A stretch of 64,000 nucleotides of DNA. It comes from an uncultured delta proteobacterium. Lineage in GTDB: Bacteria > Desulfobacterota > Desulfuromonadia > Geobacterales > Pseudopelobacteraceae. A model generated the notes under the pieces. The model saw nothing but the letters and a program-made list of their open reading frames with translations. It had not been told where the DNA came from and did not search any database. The stretch spans positions 142,877 through 206,876 of the forward strand of contig CAVYYZ010000005.1 of NCBI GenBank assembly GCA_963772835.1. The letters are read 5' to 3'. This document shows, piece by piece, positions 59,862-64,000 of this stretch (positions are counted from its first letter, which is position 1; each line of letters begins with the position of its first letter). The position numbers were made by a program, and so were the translations under genes.

Positions 59862-60677
59862 ATGTGGAATAAAAAAACACATGGATTTGGAATAATTATT
59901 ATTTTGATGATGTTTATAATTATATTCAATGGATGTGCAACTTCTCTTGTATATGAAAGAAAGAATGGTCCACATGAGGTGTCTATCCGTTCCAGTGGAA
60001 CATTTAATCAAATATACTACACGGTTATTAAGCATGATAATAACAAGACTTGGAATGTAGAAAAAATACTGTGCATCCCAGTCATTATAGATAGCGCAAA
60101 AAAATACTTGATTATAAGAAATGTACTATATATGGACATAAATTCAGCGAATAATGACACTGATAAATATAAGTCAGCCCTAAAAAATTATGTAGATTTG
60201 AAGTCTGTTGAAGTTATTAAACAAAATAGTAAGTTTAGAGATTTAAAAAGTGGATTTAATATCTATTTTACATATAACCCTCGCCCCAATGTTAGTAACG
60301 ACTTGAAGTATTTAAGACCTAACAAAATGTTTGTCCAGGGAGAGATGATTCCAGACGGCATTATCCGTAACAATTACTTAGTTACCACTAATGGCAGTAT
60401 TGATCAGCATGGCAGCCATTACTCTTATTTGGTTTATCCTCCAGTTACGCTTAAATCAACCATAGAAGATGAATTCGACTATCGTAGTTATGAACATTTA
60501 TTACCAGATGATAACCACACATATACTTTGAATTTAATGAATTCTGATGCTGTTTATGTGCATTCGGCATTTTTTAGATACGGCATTACACCATTTTCAG
60601 TAGCTGTAGACGTTGCAACCTCACCGCTTCAGTTGTTGTTTTTTTGGGGGCTTAATAATTCTTCCATTGCAAACTAA
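59862..60677 (+). CDS. Integron cassette ORF: putative lipoprotein
   Basis: AT-rich; FNGC lipobox; C-terminal TPFSVAVDVAT.P.Q; attC directly downstream. Confidence 0.75.
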   Translation: MWNKKTHGFGIIIILMMFIIIFNGCATSLVYERKNGPHEVSIRSSGTFNQIYYTVIKHDNNKTWNVEKILCIPVIIDSAKKYLIIRNVLYMDINSANNDTDKYKSALKNYVDLKSVEVIKQNSKFRDLKSGFNIYFTYNPRPNVSNDLKYLRPNKMFVQGEMIPDGIIRNNYLVTTNGSIDQHGSHYSYLVYPPVTLKSTIEDEFDYRSYEHLLPDDNHTYTLNLMNSDAVYVHSAFFRYGITPFSVAVDVATSPLQLLFFWGLNNSSIAN

Positions 60678-60680
60678 GTG

Positions 60681-60741
60681 TCCCAACTCTCGGCACGACC
60701 CCACTCCCTACGGTCGGGGGTCAGCCTCACCACCGTTGGAT
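60681..60741 (+). other. attC site 1
   Basis: R'' TCCCAAC, internal dyad GACCCC/GGGGTC, R' GTTGGAT; 61 bp. Confidence 0.7.
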
Positions 60742-60752
60742 ATAGGAATCAT

Positions 60753-61226
60753 ATGCTCTACTGCGGCACTACATACAATTTCTGGGTAGAAACAGCCCTG
60801 CAATATCTCCCTTCACAAATTATTGAGGAAATTGAAGGTAAGATAGCCATTACTATGCTCGGCAGTGATGCTTTTCGATTAGCCCAAAAGATCAGAAGCC
60901 AAGAGGAGGTAATCGTTCTTGCACCTTGGATTTTCTCTTTTATACCACCGGGGTCCTGCGAAGCTGACAAGGAATGGCGATATCTTGTTTTCTGCGTATT
61001 GCATGAAATAGCACATGCATTCCTTAAGCATTCACCGCCCGACGAATTGACTGGTCAAGAGGACATTAATCAGGAAGATGAGGCAAATAGGTATGCTTTA
61101 GATTGGTATAACAAATATGCTCAAGAGAACATAGAACGAGGCTTGACTGAGCTTATTATCGAAGAAGTAAGAGAAACACAAGGCCGATATCAAGTGAGAT
61201 TAGAGCAAATCTTGGGTTTTGGGTAA
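60753..61226 (+). CDS. Cassette ORF: HExxH zinc metallopeptidase-like (ImmA/IrrE-like)
   Basis: LHEIAH...E.EAN.YA; ATG at 60753 after AGGA. Confidence 0.75.
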   Translation: MLYCGTTYNFWVETALQYLPSQIIEEIEGKIAITMLGSDAFRLAQKIRSQEEVIVLAPWIFSFIPPGSCEADKEWRYLVFCVLHEIAHAFLKHSPPDELTGQEDINQEDEANRYALDWYNKYAQENIERGLTELIIEEVRETQGRYQVRLEQILGFG

Positions 61227-61282
61227 CAGGCATACTCAGCGGATTGCCCACACGCTGTACGTCCCGGTAAGCCGCTAATTAA

Positions 61283-61786
61283 ATGGAGGAAAAAATGGGA
61301 ATCAAAAGTTTGAATGGGTGGCAGCGTTTATGGGTATTGACATCCTTAATATATCTAACATTTGTGATGTTCAATGCTGTAATTGATTTCTCAAAGCCAT
61401 GGAACTCTATTCCCCCAGGTGAAATGAAGAAGAACCTATCAGAAAAATCGTTATTGCTGATTAAAGCTGCTGATAAATTCGCAGACAAAGACGGGTGGAT
61501 AGACGTTGCACTAGTAATGCCTATTAAACTTCCAGACAATACGGAGGTGCTAGTTCCTGCAGATACCAAGCAAGTTGATTTGGACTATATCAACAAGGAT
61601 TCCGTCGAAACATCGAACAAGTTAACCAGTAAAATCCGAATTAATTTCATAGGTAAAATGTTTGCAACTTGGTTAATACCATGTCTTGCCTTGTACGCAC
61701 TTGGCCCTTCTCTCCACTGGGTTTACAGAGGGTTCAAGATAAATAAAAGCAATGTAAATGCAACTATAAAGAGCGACTCCGATTGA
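61283..61786 (+). CDS. Cassette ORF: 2-TM hypothetical protein
   Basis: GWQRLW N-terminal TM and W.YRGF C-terminal TM. Confidence 0.75.
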   Translation: MEEKMGIKSLNGWQRLWVLTSLIYLTFVMFNAVIDFSKPWNSIPPGEMKKNLSEKSLLLIKAADKFADKDGWIDVALVMPIKLPDNTEVLVPADTKQVDLDYINKDSVETSNKLTSKIRINFIGKMFATWLIPCLALYALGPSLHWVYRGFKINKSNVNATIKSDSD

Positions 61787-61831
61787 TTGATTCCTGAGGT
61801 GGGTCATCCTTGACAATAGTAAAATGTGATG

Positions 61832-61889
61832 ATCCAACAAGACAGAAGCACCGGCCAAAAGCCGCCGGTGTTCTGCCAATCCGTTAGAC
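61832..61889 (+). other. attC site
   Basis: R'' ATCCAAC, stem CAGAAGCACCGGC/GCCGGTGTTCTG, R' GTTAGAC; 58 bp. Confidence 0.85.
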
Positions 61890-61900
61890 AGAGGAAATCA

Positions 61901-62353
61901 ATGACCCAAAAAACGAGCACATTTATTGGAATTTCCCTTTATATCATTCTTCTGATCACTGGGGTATTTATTGGAAACATATATTTCAATATTCCAATGG
62001 GCGTGTTCCCTCCTATCTTTGCGCTGTTGGGCGTAATTTTAATTGGCATCAAAAGGATATTTTTCAAGGGAGAATTACCCCCCCCAGAACCGACAGATAA
62101 AGACAAGTTACGCGCATCATTGGCTTTATGTGCCGGATTATCAGCATCTGCGTTTATTGTTGGACTGATGTTATATGCTGAAGTTATCAATTATTTCGAG
62201 AAGACCGGCAAACCAATTCCCATTTATAAAATTAATACATTTTTCATAGGGCTGTTAGTAGCAATCACCGTAGTCTATGCAAAGAAACGGGCAAGCATAA
62301 TTAGAAGACAGTCTAACAACGCCACTACACCCGACAAGCGGGTGACTGGCTGA
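61901..62353 (+). CDS. Cassette ORF: 4-TM hypothetical protein
   Basis: GAGG RBS just after R'; four hydrophobic helices; stop codon lies inside the next attC. Confidence 0.75.
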   Translation: MTQKTSTFIGISLYIILLITGVFIGNIYFNIPMGVFPPIFALLGVILIGIKRIFFKGELPPPEPTDKDKLRASLALCAGLSASAFIVGLMLYAEVINYFEKTGKPIPIYKINTFFIGLLVAITVVYAKKRASIIRRQSNNATTPDKRVTG

Positions 62354-62363
62354 CCCGTTGAAT
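62311..62363 (+). other. attC site (short)
   Basis: R'' GTCTAAC is the exact complement of the upstream GTTAGAC; stem GCCA..CACCCG/CGGGTG..TGGC; R' GTTGAAT; 53 bp. Confidence 0.8.
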
Positions 62364-62383
62364 CAAGATAAGAGGAGGTCATA

Positions 62384-63457
62384 ATGGTACAATTAAAGTA
62401 TTTCGGAGATAGCAGAGATTTCTTCAAGTACGATCTCATTACTCAAATACTGGATGACACAAAGATTGAAAATTATGTTTTTGTTCCGATGCTCACAAGG
62501 CATCGCATTGACAATGAAGGGAAAAAGACGCCTATAAAGAACGGTGACAAATCAGAAGACTTGCACTCATTCATAGGTGGTTGTGACCCAAAGAGCTTGA
62601 ACCATTGGGAAAAATGGTTGAGTCCGCATGTAAAGAGCTACATGACAGTTGAGCCAGTCGACGAAAGCTATTTTGAAGACCAAAACAGAGATTCCTACTG
62701 GATTACCTATGCTGAATACCTGAAACAGAAAAACTCATTAATCTTCTTAGACCCCGACACAGGTTTGCAAAGCGGCTCTAATTCCTACCTGAAGAAAATA
62801 GGGCGTGAAAAATACATACTCAACTATGAAATCAAATTACTCCATGAGCATCTCGACCATTCATCAGCCTTAATGATTTACCAACACCTCCCTAACAACA
62901 AAAATGAGCATGTTAAATCCGTGTACAAAAAAATGGCTCAGCTAAAGGCTTCATATGTTGACTCTTTCGTATGCGGTTACCGTGAAGACGATCTGGTTTT
63001 TCTCTTTCTGACAAAGAAGGAAGAGTTGTTCAAAAGTATTTATTCCACTCTTACAGATTACTATTCAAAGAGCGTCAGCAAATATAAGTCATTGCATGTC
63101 AGCATGAAACCGCCGTACTTGGTGAGTTGCAGGCACGGCGGAGAACGGGTAGGCGTTTTGGCCTTCAAACACAAAAAAGGCGCGATTTGTTTCCTTGATG
63201 TCGGATGGCTCGACACCGCAGTGCCCCCATTCCATATACTTGATGGCCCGTTTGAGTTAGTGGAAACCCCGAGAGGAATGGTTTACACCGCTGCAAACGG
63301 CGACACCGTGCAAGAACTAAAGCCAGAACACCCACTCTGGTATAACTGGCAGAACTGGTTAGACTTTCTGGAAAACCCTGATGGTGCAAAAGCGAACCAA
63401 GATATAGCCATTGAAGGGTGCAAATCAAACGGAGCTATCATCGATCAACCACTGTAA
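62384..63457 (+). CDS. Cassette ORF: hypothetical protein, possibly a two-ORF fusion
   Basis: GGAGG RBS; YFGD.RDF.KY, IFLDPD.G, IYQH in the N-terminal domain; a compositionally distinct C-terminal part starts MKPPY. Confidence 0.7.
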   Translation: MVQLKYFGDSRDFFKYDLITQILDDTKIENYVFVPMLTRHRIDNEGKKTPIKNGDKSEDLHSFIGGCDPKSLNHWEKWLSPHVKSYMTVEPVDESYFEDQNRDSYWITYAEYLKQKNSLIFLDPDTGLQSGSNSYLKKIGREKYILNYEIKLLHEHLDHSSALMIYQHLPNNKNEHVKSVYKKMAQLKASYVDSFVCGYREDDLVFLFLTKKEELFKSIYSTLTDYYSKSVSKYKSLHVSMKPPYLVSCRHGGERVGVLAFKHKKGAICFLDVGWLDTAVPPFHILDGPFELVETPRGMVYTAANGDTVQELKPEHPLWYNWQNWLDFLENPDGAKANQDIAIEGCKSNGAIIDQPL

Positions 63458-63529
63458 TAATGCGAGGATACTTGCCCCTCACGACTCACTGTGTTATATT
63501 TGCGCGTAACAATACGGAGGTTTTCCAAA

Positions 63530-63766
63530 ATGCCACAGACCATTTCCGCCACCTATGAACATGGAGTATTTGTACCCCGCATACCAGTCAATTTGCCGGA
63601 ACATACCGAGGTAAAGCTTCTACTCCCCAAGTTAAAAACAAAACGGAATCAGCTGACCAAAGCAGAAATGAGTTTTCTTGCACTGCGCGGTATCAGCCAT
63701 AATCTTGCAGGGACAGACTCCGTTGAAACACAGAAAAATATCCGCAGCGAATGGCGCGGTCTGTGA
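63530..63766 (+). CDS. AF2212/DUF104-like antitoxin
   Basis: I.A.YE.GVF.P..PV.LPE...V; GGAGG RBS; GTGA overlap with a PIN gene. Confidence 0.82.
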   Translation: MPQTISATYEHGVFVPRIPVNLPEHTEVKLLLPKLKTKRNQLTKAEMSFLALRGISHNLAGTDSVETQKNIRSEWRGL

Positions 63767-64000
63767 TTGTCTGCATCGACACTAATGTGCTGCTCGGCTT
63801 TTTCAATAACGAGCCGGACAAGGTAGAAAGCTGTACTGCTTTTTTTCAGCTACTTTTCGCCAAACGCATAAAATCCGTAGTTGCCACCATTACCCTCTTA
63901 GAATTAGCTGCCATTCTCACCGCTGCCGATCAATCCGCTGAAGCTGAACGAATCGTCAAATCCATAGAATCGCTCCCACTGTTTTGTATTGGCTCAGCGT
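63763..64000 (+). CDS. vapC: PIN-domain (VapC-like) toxin, truncated by the window end
   Basis: MIVCIDTNVL...S/TITLLE PIN signature. Confidence 0.85.
   Translation, partial: MIVCIDTNVLLGFFNNEPDKVESCTAFFQLLFAKRIKSVVATITLLELAAILTAADQSAEAERIVKSIESLPLFCIGSA

Overview
Bacterial chromosomal window, most consistent with Geobacteraceae/Desulfuromonadales from its gene content. In order: (1) core genes dnaE 3' end, accA, rluB, corC-like, lnt and a +1-frameshifted prfB; (2) a Cbc5-like inner-membrane cytochrome bc cluster (dodecaheme, cytochrome b, heptaheme) with a sigma54 response regulator and a heme-motif sensor kinase; (3) a PAS kinase/sigma54 activator pair before a ~16 kb run of secreted-protein genes; (4) HU, tRNA-Thr(CGT), NlpC/P60, DUF1015, TPP riboswitch-thiE/D-thiC, a CoA-disulfide reductase-rhodanese, and a small operon led by a candidate FmdB selenoprotein; (5) a BaeSR-like system, LysR/AEC and orphan extPQS-like genes; (6) an integron with a deleted intI, attC cassettes and a VapBC-like pair. 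The best candidate for an undescribed system is the secreted operon at 21.5-37.2 kb. Three two-domain cupredoxin paralogues divide the ligands of a single multicopper-oxidase active site between them, and three proteins share one dockerin-like tag next to cohesin-like proteins, suggesting a cellulosome-like copper-oxidase assembly. A second candidate is a 124-aa gene plus an array of palindromic repeats between intI and the first cassette. All family assignments come from motif recognition by eye; no database searches were run.
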